A stretch of 63,714 nt of DNA, filler included, from Nitrospinota bacterium (GTDB lineage: Bacteria > JAUXIQ01), in assembly GCA_030620925.1 (NCBI GenBank). It is 11 parts of 11 records of this genome, joined end to end, with 100 filler letters (N's around TTAATTAATTAA, not from the genome) between each part and the next. Parts side by side here need not be neighbours in the genome. Positions count along the whole stretch, not along the records: positions 49,879 to 56,178 come from JAUXIQ010000124.1; positions 56,279 to 60,211 come from JAUXIQ010000270.1; positions 60,312 to 63,714 come from JAUXIQ010000317.1; 8 more parts are not named here. The stretch is one strand, 5' to 3'. A program made the translations under genes and the position numbers. Below are positions 53,515 through 63,714 of the stretch, one piece after another; the stretch's first letter is position 1; the number at the start of each line of letters is the position of its first letter. Below the pieces are notes generated by a model. It did no database searches. It was not told the origin of the DNA and worked only from the letters and a program-made list of their open reading frames with translations.

Positions 53515-55254
53515 ATGAACCTGAAACTGGACGCCATCAGCACCGAAATCTTCTGGTCACGCCTGGTATCCATCGTGGACGAAGTAGCCGTGGCACTGCT
53601 GCGCACCTCTTTTTCCAACGTGGTGCGGGATGCAGAAGACTTTTCGGTGGCCATGTTCGACGCCGCGGGCAACCTTCTGGCCCAGGGCACCTCCAGTATA
53701 CCCAGCCATCTGGGAGCAATGCCCAACGTTGTGAAGCATTTCCTGGACAGGTTCCCCCCTCAGACGCTGGTGCCCGGCGATGCCATTATTACCAACGATC
53801 CCTGGATCGGCAACGGACACCTGGAGGACGTCTTCCTGGCCACGCCCGTTTTCCACCACGGAAAGCTGGCGGCTTTCTCACTCAACATCGTGCACCACTG
53901 CGACATCGGCGGCCGCTACGGGACGTCGGAAAGCCGCGAAATCTTCGAGGAAGGGTTGCGCATACCCATCAGCAAGTTATGCAAAGCAGGAGAGCCGAAC
54001 GAGGACATCTTCAACATCATCGCCGCCAACGTGCGGACGCCGGACAAAGTCATCGGCGACATTAACGCACAACTGGCAGCCAACCACGTGGGTTCCACAA
54101 GGCTGCTGGAGTTCCTGGAGGAACAGGGCTGGGAGAACATGGACCACCTGGCCCGGGAAATCTTCGACCGGACAGAGGCCGCCATGCGGGCCTCTATCGA
54201 GGAGTTGCCCGATGGGACCTACCGTCAAGAGTTCATCGGAGAAGAAGCGGGCACCTCGGGCCGCCCCATCACCATTAAGGTGGCCGTTACTATAAAAGGC
54301 AGCGACATTCATGTCGATTACACCGGCACATCGCCCCAGGAGGACAAGGCCATCAACGTGGCCCTGAACTATACATACGCTCATACGGTGTTCGGCCTGA
54401 AGGCGGCCATCAACCCCGTCATCCTGAACAATGAGGGAAGCCTGCGCTGTTTCAGAGTCACCGCCCCCGAGGGGTGCATCCTCAACCCCAGGTTCCCCGC
54501 CGCTCTCTTCTGGCGCATCCCCATAGGGCACATGCTGCCTGAGATGGTCTTTCACACCCTGCACCCGGTGATTCCCGAGCGGGTGATGGCGGGCAACGGC
54601 TCCACACCCCTATCCACCATCGCATTCAACGGCGAGGAGGTCGGCGGGCGGAGGTTCGTGGACATAGTTTTTTTCAACGGAGGTATGGGCGGCCGAAGCG
54701 ATCGGGACGGAGTATCCTGCCTGGCATACCCGGCGAACATATCCAATTCCTCCCTGGAGATTCTCGAAAACGAGGCCCCCCTACTCTTCGAGAAAAAAGA
54801 GCTCATCTGCGATTCCGGTGGTGCGGGCAGGTTCAGGGGAGGCTGCGGTCAGGAGATAGTGATGCGGGTGCCGACTGAGGGAGAGGGCACGGCCAGGACG
54901 GTGGCGGCATTCGTGGCCGGAGGAAGGTTCGAGCGACCGGCGCAAGGGCTTCTGGGAGGAAAAGAAGGGTCGTGTTCCCGCATCGTGTTAAACGGCGATC
55001 ATGTTTATGATACCAGCCAGGAATTTTTACTCAAGCCGGGAGACGTGGTCAGCATGCTGGTAAGCGGTGGGGGCGGCTACGGGTCCCCTCTGGAGAGAGA
55101 ACCCCGCCTGGTGGCTGAGGACGTTCGCAACGGCATGGTCTCCCTCCGGAAAGCTGGAGAAGACTACGGCGTGGTTCTGGACGAATCCACCCTGGAAGTA
55201 GATGAGGAAGCCACAAAGGCTGCACGGGCCGCCAGGGATGGGGGTATTAGCTGA
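53515..55254 (+). CDS. Hydantoinase B/oxoprolinase
   Basis: NDPW.G.GH..D, HHCDIGG, EEGLRIP, DSGGAGRFRGG, GGGGYG.PLER. Confidence 0.94.
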   Translation: MNLKLDAISTEIFWSRLVSIVDEVAVALLRTSFSNVVRDAEDFSVAMFDAAGNLLAQGTSSIPSHLGAMPNVVKHFLDRFPPQTLVPGDAIITNDPWIGNGHLEDVFLATPVFHHGKLAAFSLNIVHHCDIGGRYGTSESREIFEEGLRIPISKLCKAGEPNEDIFNIIAANVRTPDKVIGDINAQLAANHVGSTRLLEFLEEQGWENMDHLAREIFDRTEAAMRASIEELPDGTYRQEFIGEEAGTSGRPITIKVAVTIKGSDIHVDYTGTSPQEDKAINVALNYTYAHTVFGLKAAINPVILNNEGSLRCFRVTAPEGCILNPRFPAALFWRIPIGHMLPEMVFHTLHPVIPERVMAGNGSTPLSTIAFNGEEVGGRRFVDIVFFNGGMGGRSDRDGVSCLAYPANISNSSLEILENEAPLLFEKKELICDSGGAGRFRGGCGQEIVMRVPTEGEGTARTVAAFVAGGRFERPAQGLLGGKEGSCSRIVLNGDHVYDTSQEFLLKPGDVVSMLVSGGGGYGSPLEREPRLVAEDVRNGMVSLRKAGEDYGVVLDESTLEVDEEATKAARAARDGGIS

Positions 55255-55265
55255 AAGGGCCGGTC

Positions 55266-56178
55266 ATGGGAAAAACGGCGGACGTGGTGATAATAGGGGG
55301 AGGTCTCATAGGCTGCTCAGCGGCCTACTATCTGAGCAGGAAAGGGATGAAGACAGTCCTCCTGGAGCGGAACTTCCTGGCTTCAGAGGCCTCGGGCGCC
55401 AACGGAGGTATGGTGGGGGGAGTACTCAAGCGGCCGCCGGACGTGGAACTGGAGATGGTGCGTCAGGGGCTGGAGATATACGAAACGCTGGACCGGGAGC
55501 TGGATTGCGAAATCGACTATGTGAAAAGCGGCGGCCTGTACATCGTGGAAACCGAAGAGCAGTGGGAGCCGGCGGAGCGATACGCCAGGGACAGGATGAC
55601 CAAAGGCTACGAGCTGCAACTGCTGAACGGCCGGGAGAGCCGCGAGCTGGAACCGCTCCTTTCCGAAAGCATAGCGGGAGCCATCTTCGATCCCAGCCGG
55701 GATCAGGCCAACCCTTTTTACGTGTGCAACGGATACGCCCGCGCCGCCGCCAGACTGGGTGCGGAAATCCACACCCACACCTCGGTGAGGAGTGTTAAAA
55801 AGAAGGGGAACAGAGTCACTGGAGTGGGCACCGATGAATGGATAATCGAGGCACCGGTGGTGGTCAACTCGGCAGGAAGCTGGGCGTCTGAGCTGGGCAG
55901 GATGGCAGGGATAGAAATACCCATAAAGCCCACCAGGGGCCAGGTCATGGTGAGCGAACCGATGCCTCCGGTCTGGAAACACACCATTTTTTACATCGAA
56001 GGGCTTTATCCAAGATTCAATGCTCAAATAATGGAATATCAGCGTATCCCGGACGCCGGTGCAGAACCCGCTTCCAGCACCTTGGGGCTTCAATATTACG
56101 GAAGGCAGGGGCCGGACGGGAAACTCTACCTGGGCGGCGGCTATGAAGAGGAAGGCACGGACAAAAGGTGCGGGGCGC
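55266..56178 (+). CDS. FAD-dependent oxidoreductase (DAO/sarcosine oxidase beta-like), partial
   Basis: IIGGGLIG, ASGANGG, VNSAGSW, RGQ. Confidence 0.88.
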
Positions 56179-56312
56179 NNNNNNNNNNNNNNNNNNNNNN
56201 NNNNNNNNNNNNNNNNNNNNNNTTAATTAATTAANNNNNNNNNNNNNNNNNNNNNNNNNNNNNNNNNNNNNNNNNNNNACGATTCATCGGTCCGAAATCT
56301 TTCGAATCGACA

Positions 56313-56520
56313 AATCTCCCCTCCACGGGAGGGAGGGGATGAAGGGGAGGGGGATTTTGAAAGCGCAAAAGAAAGCGGGTTTGCCAGGGCAGGCGAGATT
56401 CTTCGTCCCGCGATAAGCGGGACTCAGAATGACAGGATGCTGCGTAGGGGCGGGTTTGAAACCCGCCCTATTGAGGCGTATCGCAATACGCCCCTGCAAT
56501 TTGAAAATGTAAGGGCGACC
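56313..56520. repeat. Cluster of short palindromic repeats, including GTAG-type REP-like elements
   Basis: cccctcc...ggagggg (~56318-56338); agattcttc...cagaatgac (56396-56433); gtaggggcgggtttgaaacccgccc (56444-56468); ggcgtatcgcaatacgcccctgc (56475-56497). Confidence 0.7.
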
Positions 56521-56652
56521 CCGCTTACCGCGGTGGCGGCTCACCGACCATCACTGCAGGGATAAAGGCATCCAAGAGGAGGTGAGGCAGGAGAACCACG
56601 TCGAACCGAAAAAAAGGGATAGAGTGAGGGTTGCCCGCTGTTTTAAAATTTC

Positions 56653-56681
56653 TTGACACCCCTCAAGCCTTTTGCTAAAAT
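56653..56681 (+). promoter_or_regulatory. Sigma70-like promoter of the nuo operon
   Basis: TTGACA-17 bp-TAAAAT with extended -10 TG. Confidence 0.65.
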
Positions 56682-56802
56682 CCCTTTTCGCTTGATTAAT
56701 TTATTTTATCAAAATCTCTTATTTTTTGTATACTTGCCGACAATAAGAACCGCACCACACTTTCTTCATTACGATTTGAATTAGTCTTTTTTAAAGCCGA
56801 AA

Positions 56803-57162
56803 ATGGAGCTTATAGATTATCTACCCATATTCATCCTTCTCATAATTGCCGTGCTGTTCGTGGGCGGCACCATCCTGGTCTCCCACATGGTGGGGCGGCG
56901 CAAGTATGGCAAAGAGAAGATGAGCCCCTATGAATCGGGGATGATTCCCGTCGGTGACGCCCGACGTCGTTTTTCGGTAAAGTTTTACGTGGTGGCCATC
57001 CTGTTCGTCATTTTCGATATTGAAGTGGTATTCATGTATCCCTGGGCGGTTATCTTCAAGAAGTTAGGTGTCTTCGGTTTCGTGGAAATGATGATTTTCA
57101 TCGCTATTCTTTTGGTGGGTTTCATATACATCTGGAAGAAGGGGGCGCTGGAATGGGCTTAG
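56803..57162 (+). CDS. nuoA: NADH-quinone oxidoreductase subunit A
   Basis: PYESG, FVIFDIE..FMYPWA, KKGALEW. Confidence 0.96.
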   Translation: MELIDYLPIFILLIIAVLFVGGTILVSHMVGRRKYGKEKMSPYESGMIPVGDARRRFSVKFYVVAILFVIFDIEVVFMYPWAVIFKKLGVFGFVEMMIFIAILLVGFIYIWKKGALEWA

Positions 57163-57638
57163 AAGAAGTGCTGGTGGATACCGTATTCGGCACCACGGTC
57201 GACAAGGCCGTGAACTGGGCCAGAAAGAACTCGTTGTGGCCTATGCCTTTCGGGACCGCCTGCTGCGCCATAGAGATGATGGCCGCTTTCTGCTCGAGGT
57301 ATGACCTGGCAAGGTTCGGAGCAGAGCGGATGAGTTTTTCACCCCGGCAGGCCGACCTCATGCTCGTGGCCGGAACCATTACTCACAAGATGGTACCGGT
57401 GCTCATGAGAATATACCGGCAGATGACCGAGCCAAAGTGGGTCTTAGCCATGGGCGCATGTGCCTCCTCCGGAGGTCTGTTTAATACCTACAGTGTTCTG
57501 CAGGGGATAGACAGGGTGCTCCCCGTGGACGTCTATGTGCCCGGCTGTCCTCCAAGGCCCGAGGGTCTTATTTATGGAATAATGCAGGTCCAGCAGAAGA
57601 TCGAGCAGGACAAGATAGCCCATCACGTTACACCTTGA
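57153..57638 (+). CDS. nuoB: NADH-quinone oxidoreductase subunit B
   Basis: [21 protein letters not shown]. Confidence 0.96.
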   Translation: MGLEEVLVDTVFGTTVDKAVNWARKNSLWPMPFGTACCAIEMMAAFCSRYDLARFGAERMSFSPRQADLMLVAGTITHKMVPVLMRIYRQMTEPKWVLAMGACASSGGLFNTYSVLQGIDRVLPVDVYVPGCPPRPEGLIYGIMQVQQKIEQDKIAHHVTP

Positions 57639-57704
57639 CATCGATTCAGATTTTCCGGCTTCGGTGGAGAGACAGGGGTGACGGCTTTTTCAGGATAACC
57701 GGCG

Positions 57705-58208
57705 ATGGAAGATAACCTGACCCTCAAAAAACTGAAAGAGAAGTTTCCGGATTACGTTCTGGATGCAGGGGAATTCAGAGACCAGGTATACGTCTACGTG
57801 GATAAGAGGGGCGTGCTGGAAGTCCTGAATTTTCTCAGAGACGATGCACAGCTTAACTACGATTTTCTCACCGACCTCACCGCAGTGGACAACCTGGGCA
57901 AAGAACCCCGCTTCGAGATGGTTTACAACCTCTATTCCATTAAATACAGGCATCGATTCAGGGTGAAAGTTTCCCTTGCGGAAGATGAGTCCATCCCCTC
58001 CAGCGTGGAAGTCTGGAAGACGGCCGATTGGCACGAGCGGGAGGTTTTCGATATGTTCGGTATAAACTTCGAGGGCCACCCTGATTTACGCAGGATCATG
58101 ATGCCCGACGATTATCCGGGGCACCCCCTGCGGAAAGATTTCCCTCTCCAGGGGCCGGAGGACGTGGATTACGAAGAGATGATGAAAAAACATCTCAAGA
58201 GCGATTAG
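57705..58208 (+). CDS. nuoC: NADH-quinone oxidoreductase subunit C
   Basis: EREVFDMFG, GHPDLRRI, HPLRKDFP. Confidence 0.95.
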   Translation: MEDNLTLKKLKEKFPDYVLDAGEFRDQVYVYVDKRGVLEVLNFLRDDAQLNYDFLTDLTAVDNLGKEPRFEMVYNLYSIKYRHRFRVKVSLAEDESIPSSVEVWKTADWHEREVFDMFGINFEGHPDLRRIMMPDDYPGHPLRKDFPLQGPEDVDYEEMMKKHLKSD

Positions 58209-58246
58209 CATTCGGTTTAGATGAGGCGAAAGGGCCAGGCGGATTT

Positions 58247-59437
58247 ATGGCTGAGAGCAGCACAGGGCTGAAAACAGAAGTCATGACCCTCAACTTCGGG
58301 CCGCAGCACCCGGCCACGCACGGGACGCTGCGCATCGTGCTTGAGCTCGACGGGGAGACGGTGGTCAAGGCAATGCCTCACATAGGTTTCCTGCACCGGG
58401 GTTTCGAGAAGCTCGCCGAACATCACACCTACCATCAGTTCATTGTACACACCGATCGGCTGGACTATCTGGGCCCTCTGGTGAACAACGTAGGCTACGT
58501 CCTGGCCGTCGAGAAACTACTGGGCATAGAGGTCACCCCCCGCTGCCGCTTTATGAGAGTCATCCTGTGCGAGCTGTCCCGCATAGCCGACCACCTTCTA
58601 TGGCTGGGCACGGCGAGCTTGGACCTGGGCGCTTTCACCGCCCTCCTCTATACCTTCAGAGAGCGGGAGCAGTTATACGACATTTTCGAAAACGTAACCG
58701 GAGCCCGCCTCACTACCAGCTTCACCAGGATAGGGGGTATGGCCGGAGACCTGCCCGAAGGGTTCGAGAAACAGGTGGCGGATTTCACCTCAACCTTCCC
58801 CGACAAAATCCAGGAGTACGAGCGCCTCCTCACCAGGAATAAGATATGGGCTCACAGGACCAGAGGAGTGGGCGCCATCTCCGCCGAGGAGGCGGTTAGC
58901 TACGGCCTGAGCGGGCCCAACCTGAGGGCCAGCGGCGTCGAGTACGACCTGCGGAAGGCTCTGCCCTACCTGGGTTACCAGGAGTTCGACTTCGAGGTGC
59001 CCGTGGGGGAAAACGGGGATGCCTACGACAGGTATCTCTGCCGCATCGAGGAGATGAGGCAGAGCAACGAAATCGTGAAACAGGCCATGAGCAGGCTCCC
59101 TGACGGGCCGGTGAACTTAGATATGCCGAAGGTGATGCTCCCGGAAAAGGACTCCGTTTATAACACCATGGAAGGACTCATCCATCATTTCAAACTTATC
59201 GTAGAGGGTATAACACCGCCCTGCGGAGAGGTCTATCAGGGAATAGAGGCCCCCAACGGGGAACTGGGGTTCTACATAGTCAGCCGGGGCGAGGGCAAAC
59301 CTTATCGCATGCGCATACGTTCCCCTTCGTTCTGCAACTATTCAGCTTTTCACCGGATGATTGAGGGGGGGATGCTTTCCGACCTGGTCTCCGTGCTGGG
59401 AAGTCTTAACATAATTGCCGGTGAGTTAGACCGCTGA
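58247..59437 (+). CDS. nuoD: NADH-quinone oxidoreductase subunit D
   Basis: GPQHPATHG, LHRGFEK, DRLDY, GELDR. Confidence 0.96.
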   Translation: MAESSTGLKTEVMTLNFGPQHPATHGTLRIVLELDGETVVKAMPHIGFLHRGFEKLAEHHTYHQFIVHTDRLDYLGPLVNNVGYVLAVEKLLGIEVTPRCRFMRVILCELSRIADHLLWLGTASLDLGAFTALLYTFREREQLYDIFENVTGARLTTSFTRIGGMAGDLPEGFEKQVADFTSTFPDKIQEYERLLTRNKIWAHRTRGVGAISAEEAVSYGLSGPNLRASGVEYDLRKALPYLGYQEFDFEVPVGENGDAYDRYLCRIEEMRQSNEIVKQAMSRLPDGPVNLDMPKVMLPEKDSVYNTMEGLIHHFKLIVEGITPPCGEVYQGIEAPNGELGFYIVSRGEGKPYRMRIRSPSFCNYSAFHRMIEGGMLSDLVSVLGSLNIIAGELDR

Positions 59438-59458
59438 TTAATAGCGGGAGGCGGCGTA

Positions 59459-59938
59459 ATGGCTGTGGAGTTATCGCCTGAAGGCATCGAAGAATGCCGC
59501 AAGATAATTGATAAGCTGGGCAACGAAGAAGCTGCCCTGATACCCGTTCTCCATGTAGCCCAGGAAGAATTCCGGTGGCTCAGTACGGAGGCCATGGACT
59601 ACGTGGCCCGGATGCTCCATCTTCCGCCTGCCAGAGTGTACGGGGTGGCGACCTTCTACACGATGTTCAACAAGGAGCCGGTGGGCAAATACCATATACA
59701 GGTGTGCACCAACCTGTCTTGTTCCCTTCTGGGGGCGGAGGGCGTGGTTGAATATATATCCACCAAGCTGGGCATAAAGGCGGGCGAGACGACGCAGGAC
59801 GACAAGTTCACCCTTTCCACGGCGGAATGTCTGGGCTCCTGCGGCACAGCGCCCATGATGCAGATAAACGATGAATATTACGAGGAGCTCACCGAGGAGA
59901 GGATAGATAAGATTCTCGAGGAGCTGTCCAATAAATAA
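59459..59938 (+). CDS. nuoE: NADH-quinone oxidoreductase subunit E
   Basis: VATFYTMF, CTNLSC, CLGSC. Confidence 0.95.
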   Translation: MAVELSPEGIEECRKIIDKLGNEEAALIPVLHVAQEEFRWLSTEAMDYVARMLHLPPARVYGVATFYTMFNKEPVGKYHIQVCTNLSCSLLGAEGVVEYISTKLGIKAGETTQDDKFTLSTAECLGSCGTAPMMQINDEYYEELTEERIDKILEELSNK

Positions 59939-59978
59939 AGGCGAATAAGAGGTTTCCCGCAAAGGGAGTTCGGATAGT

Positions 59979-60211
59979 ATGGAAAAGATTTTGATGAGAC
60001 GTGAGGGCGTAGCCGACGTGCACCGCATCGAGGTCTATGAGGAGCAGGGCGGGTACAAGGGGCTGGCCAGGGCGCTGAACGAGTTCAGCCCGGAAGAGCT
60101 CATAGAGGAGATCAAGAAGTCCGGCCTCCGGGGAAGGGGCGGAGCGGGTTTCCCTGCGGGGGTTAAATGGGGTTTCGTGCCCAAGGATTCTCCCAAGCCC
60201 AAGTATCTGGC
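59979..60211 (+). CDS. nuoF: NADH-quinone oxidoreductase subunit F, partial
   Basis: [15 protein letters not shown]. Confidence 0.93.
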
Positions 60212-60503
60212 NNNNNNNNNNNNNNNNNNNNNNNNNNNNNNNNNNNNNNNNNNNNTTAATTAATTAANNNNNNNNNNNNNNNNNNNNNNNNNNNNNNNNN
60301 NNNNNNNNNNNGGCTGGCTTACAGGTCCGGCACAATTTATTTCGGGTAGATTACCATAGATGTATCAACAGAATAAACGGGAGAGCGAAACGACTTACGC
60401 AGATAAACGGCCGTCTTCCCTAAAAACTGACGACCCCTATCGCCGCACACAGCGAAAGGGGCCGCCTGATTCTTCGAAAGCCCTACCTTAATTAAAAACC
60501 GGG

Positions 60504-61160
60504 TCAGCACGATGGTTCGAGAACTACTATCCTGGTGGGTTCGGGAAGCAGCGCCGTGCTTAATTCCACCTCGCTCGAACCGCTTCGCTCAACCCTCTCC
60601 TTGCCTCCCAGGAAATCGTCCACCTCGGCCAACGGAAACCCGCATTTTTCCGTCTTGAAATGCATGGGGATGAACACTTTGGGGTTCAGTGCTTGGCACA
60701 GACGGTCGGCGCCCTGGGTGTCGATGGTGAAGACCCCGCCCACCGGGGCCATCAATACATCTACCTCTCCGATCTCATTCACCTGTTCCTGACTCAGGTC
60801 GTGGCCGAGGTCCCCTACGTGGCAGACTTTTATCCCGCTCACTTCCATCTTGATGATAGTGTTCTCGCCGCGCTCAGCGCCGTTTTGGTCATCATGATAG
60901 GTGGCTATGCCATTGAACTCGATGCCTTCGACGGATTTGGGACCAGGACTCGTGACCACCTGCGGAGAGCCCGGCAGGCTCTCAACATCGGCATGGTCGG
61001 CATGGTCGTGGGAAAGGGTAACGATATCCGCCTCGTCTTTTATGCTGCCGTAACCGATAGCGCCGTCGTAACCCCCCGGCTCATAGGGGTCCGTGATTAT
61101 TTTGGTGCCGTCATCGGCGGTGATCAAAAACGCTGAATGACCTAAAAATTTGACCTTCAT
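60504..61160 (-). CDS. Metallo-beta-lactamase fold hydrolase
   Basis: LGHSAF, SHDHADH, HVGD, IPMH. Confidence 0.9.
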   Translation of the reverse strand: MKVKFLGHSAFLITADDGTKIITDPYEPGGYDGAIGYGSIKDEADIVTLSHDHADHADVESLPGSPQVVTSPGPKSVEGIEFNGIATYHDDQNGAERGENTIIKMEVSGIKVCHVGDLGHDLSQEQVNEIGEVDVLMAPVGGVFTIDTQGADRLCQALNPKVFIPMHFKTEKCGFPLAEVDDFLGGKERVERSGSSEVELSTALLPEPTRIVVLEPSC

Positions 61161-61267
61161 TTTTCCTCTCCCCCTGCATCGAAATGGTGAAAAACCCGTA
61201 ATCAGAGTAGGTCCCTCTGCGCCCGGCCAAAGATAAGGTTTTGGCTAAAAAGGGACGCTCGGACCAC

Positions 61268-62800
61268 TTACGATACCCTTCTATCATGTCCCTCCCAGTA
61301 TGTTTCCCGCAGAACGCGCTTCAGTATCTTCCCCATGGCGTTCTTGGGGAGTTCGTCCATGAAATCCACGGAGCGGGGTTTTTTGTATCCCGCCAGCCTG
61401 CTGTTGCAGTATTCCATTATTTCATCGGCGGTGGAGCCTTCTCCGTCTTTGAGCACCACTATCGCCTTCACCGATTCCCCCCATTTTTCGTCCGGCACAC
61501 CGATAACCGCGGCCTCATGCACATTCGGATGGGTGTACAAAACCCGCTCCACCTCCGCCGGATATACGTTCTCGCCTCCGCTTATTATCATATCCTGTTT
61601 ACGATCGGCTATATAATAATAACCGTCTTCGTCCATAAAGAGCATATCTCCCGCCGTGAACCACTCGCCCATGCGGCTGGCAGAGGTGGCTTCCGGATTA
61701 TTGTAGAACTCGGCATCGACGTTTTTCATATACAACGTACCCGGCGTACCCAAGGGCACGTCGCGACCTTCGTCGTCTACTATACGCACTTCGGCGCCGA
61801 AGGCAAGATGCCCTACTGAGTCTATCTTTGACATTTCCTTGCGCATGTTGAGGTTCGTGCAAACGCCTATTTCCGTGGCCCCGTAAAAATCGTAGAGCTC
61901 GGCGTTGGGGAACAGCTCCATGAGCTCTAGCTTAGCCTCCTTATGAAGCGGGGAACCGGCGGAACATACGAAAGAGACCGACCTCATGTCGTACGTATCT
62001 TTCACCTGGTCGGGCAGACCGAGTATCCAGTTGAAAGCCGTAGGCAGGGCGAATATACGCGTTATTTTATGCTCTTCTATAAGTCTCAGGGCTTCTTCTG
62101 CCTTGAATGATTTCATGATCACGCATTTGCCCCCGAAATAGAGCTGCTGGGGCCCGAAATTGCCGTGAGAGAGATGAAACAGGGGGCCGGTGATCAGCGT
62201 GACATCATCTTCTTTTATTTCCCCCCATTCCCCGGCAAGTATCTCGGGTGGAACGAAGGTATGGTGCACCACCACCCCCTTGGGGAACCCCGTGGTGCCT
62301 GAGGTATAGCCCAGTGCACGGAGGTCGGTCTCCTCCACGGTGACCGGCGGCTCGCTCTCATCGGCTCGGGCCAACAATTCCTCATAGTCATTTGCCCAGG
62401 AAGGCGCTTCCCCGCCCACGGCGATATAGTTATTCACCTTGCTGAGGCGGGGGACCAGCTCTTCAACCAGAGACTTATACTCTGGCCCGAATATGAGCGC
62501 TTTGGAATCTGAATTATCCACTATATATTCCACTTCATCCGCCACCAGGCGATAATTGACAGGCACCAGGCACAACCCCGCCCTGGAAACGCCGAAGATG
62601 ATTTCGAAGAATTCCATGCAGTTGGAAAGGAGCACGGAAACCTTCTCCCCCTTCTGCAGGTCCAACGATAATATCGCGTTGGCCAACCGTTTAACACGCC
62701 GGTAGAGTTCGTCGTAGGTCACATCCCGGTCCTCAAAGTGGAGGCACACCTTGTCCGGTATCCGTTTAGCCTGGTTGGTGAATCCTTCGTGGAGCAGCAT
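61268..62800 (-). CDS. AMP-dependent acyl-CoA synthetase
   Basis: YTSGTTGFPKG, YGATE, DRKQDMIISGGENVYP, GKILKR; start at MLLHEG behind GGAG. Confidence 0.93.
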   Translation of the reverse strand: MLLHEGFTNQAKRIPDKVCLHFEDRDVTYDELYRRVKRLANAILSLDLQKGEKVSVLLSNCMEFFEIIFGVSRAGLCLVPVNYRLVADEVEYIVDNSDSKALIFGPEYKSLVEELVPRLSKVNNYIAVGGEAPSWANDYEELLARADESEPPVTVEETDLRALGYTSGTTGFPKGVVVHHTFVPPEILAGEWGEIKEDDVTLITGPLFHLSHGNFGPQQLYFGGKCVIMKSFKAEEALRLIEEHKITRIFALPTAFNWILGLPDQVKDTYDMRSVSFVCSAGSPLHKEAKLELMELFPNAELYDFYGATEIGVCTNLNMRKEMSKIDSVGHLAFGAEVRIVDDEGRDVPLGTPGTLYMKNVDAEFYNNPEATSASRMGEWFTAGDMLFMDEDGYYYIADRKQDMIISGGENVYPAEVERVLYTHPNVHEAAVIGVPDEKWGESVKAIVVLKDGEGSTADEIMEYCNSRLAGYKKPRSVDFMDELPKNAMGKILKRVLRETYWEGHDRRVS

Positions 62801-62835
62801 CGAGTCTCCTTTCCGTTCGTTGATATAAACCCGTC

Positions 62836-63714
62836 TCAGGCCAGCCCCAACTGGCTTAATTTGTCCTGCGTGGGAATACCCTCCCGGGTATCCCAACCTC
62901 TCTCCCCGTAATAGCGGGAGATGAGCTCATCCATGTAATCCTTATCCACCGGTCCGTGTTCCTTCCCTCCGAACTTCACCGACTCCTTGAGGAACCTCTC
63001 CGGCACGGCGTCGTCCTTTTTACCGGCGCCCAGCTTGACGTTGAGCATTCGTTTGAGCGTCCAGACCCGTTCTCCGGCGCGCAGCAATAGCTCCGGCGAG
63101 GCTTCGATACCGGTGAGGGTTGAATAGAGATCGGCCCAAATCTGGATTCCGTATCGCTGAAAGATGGGGAAAACGCAGAGGCCGAGGAACTCCATGGAAG
63201 CCACGTAGTCCTCGCAGTAGCGGGTGAAGCGGGGTACGTCGAACCCCTCCGGGCCTTCCAGAACCGCATCCATCTCCCCTTCCGGCACCCCCACTTTTCT
63301 GGCGTAGCGCTCCAGCTGGCCCCTGTTCCGGGGTATGAGGGTGATGCCGCCATGGGAGATATGGCTGCCCCGGGGGTTAATGAAAGAGCTGAAGGCTTCG
63401 GTGGAAAGCCGGGCACGGGGGTCGGAGGGAGCGCCCAGACCTTTTCCGTGCAATGAATAATATTCCGCGCCCTTGCCTATGCGGCGGGCCGCTTCCACCG
63501 GCCCGTCGGCCAGCACGTCGCCGATGCCCTCCCTGTGGGCTATCTTGCGGAGCAGCTCGTGAACCGCCTCCCCATCACCCCAGCGAAGCTCCAATCCGTC
63601 GGTATCCTGGAGGCTGAGGATTTCCTTATTGTAAAGCTCGGTGGCGAAGGCGGCTATATTGGCGGCTTCGATGAAATCCATCCCGTAACGCGAGCACAGC
63701 TCGGCGCTGCGCAC
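62836..63714 (-). CDS. Aldehyde:ferredoxin oxidoreductase family, C-terminal part
   Basis: YGMD, REGIGD.LA.G, KG....DPR, GLC.F, YY.ERGWD...GIPT..KL..LGL. Confidence 0.88.
   Translation of the reverse strand: MRSAELCSRYGMDFIEAANIAAFATELYNKEILSLQDTDGLELRWGDGEAVHELLRKIAHREGIGDVLADGPVEAARRIGKGAEYYSLHGKGLGAPSDPRARLSTEAFSSFINPRGSHISHGGITLIPRNRGQLERYARKVGVPEGEMDAVLEGPEGFDVPRFTRYCEDYVASMEFLGLCVFPIFQRYGIQIWADLYSTLTGIEASPELLLRAGERVWTLKRMLNVKLGAGKKDDAVPERFLKESVKFGGKEHGPVDKDYMDELISRYYGERGWDTREGIPTQDKLSQLGLA

Overview
This window is not one contiguous locus. It is 11 short contigs joined by identical 100-bp artificial spacers (N-run + TTAATTAATTAA + N-run), typical of a metagenome-assembled genome, so neighbourhood arguments hold only within a contig. 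The content points to a moderately GC-rich diderm bacterium (lptE present), probably anaerobic or facultative; the taxon cannot be fixed. Housekeeping blocks: dapA-lysA; aroF; ppdK end-ribD-ribE-ribH-nusB; leuS-lptE; rpsT; murJ-xerD-glnD; nuoA-F; putA C-terminus; ilvD start. Accessory metabolism: tandem Old Yellow Enzymes, three zinc-ribbon class III cyclases, amidase, CaiB CoA-transferase, divergent acyl-CoA mutase, hydantoinase A/B, Nap-like operon, AOR and a CoA ligase. Best leads: (1) an apparent operon pairing a tandem-GNAT protein that resembles eukaryotic N-myristoyltransferase with a TsrM-like B12 radical-SAM methylase; (2) a UGSC-type selenoprotein that the ORF track truncates, with an in-frame UGA and a SECIS-like hairpin; (3) yjbQ cut at codon 43 by an element ending in a decayed serine-recombinase-like gene; (4) a REP-like palindrome inside a cyclase CDS. 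glnD has an in-frame TAA and the aminopeptidase is frameshifted. All family calls come from motif recognition by eye; no searches were run.
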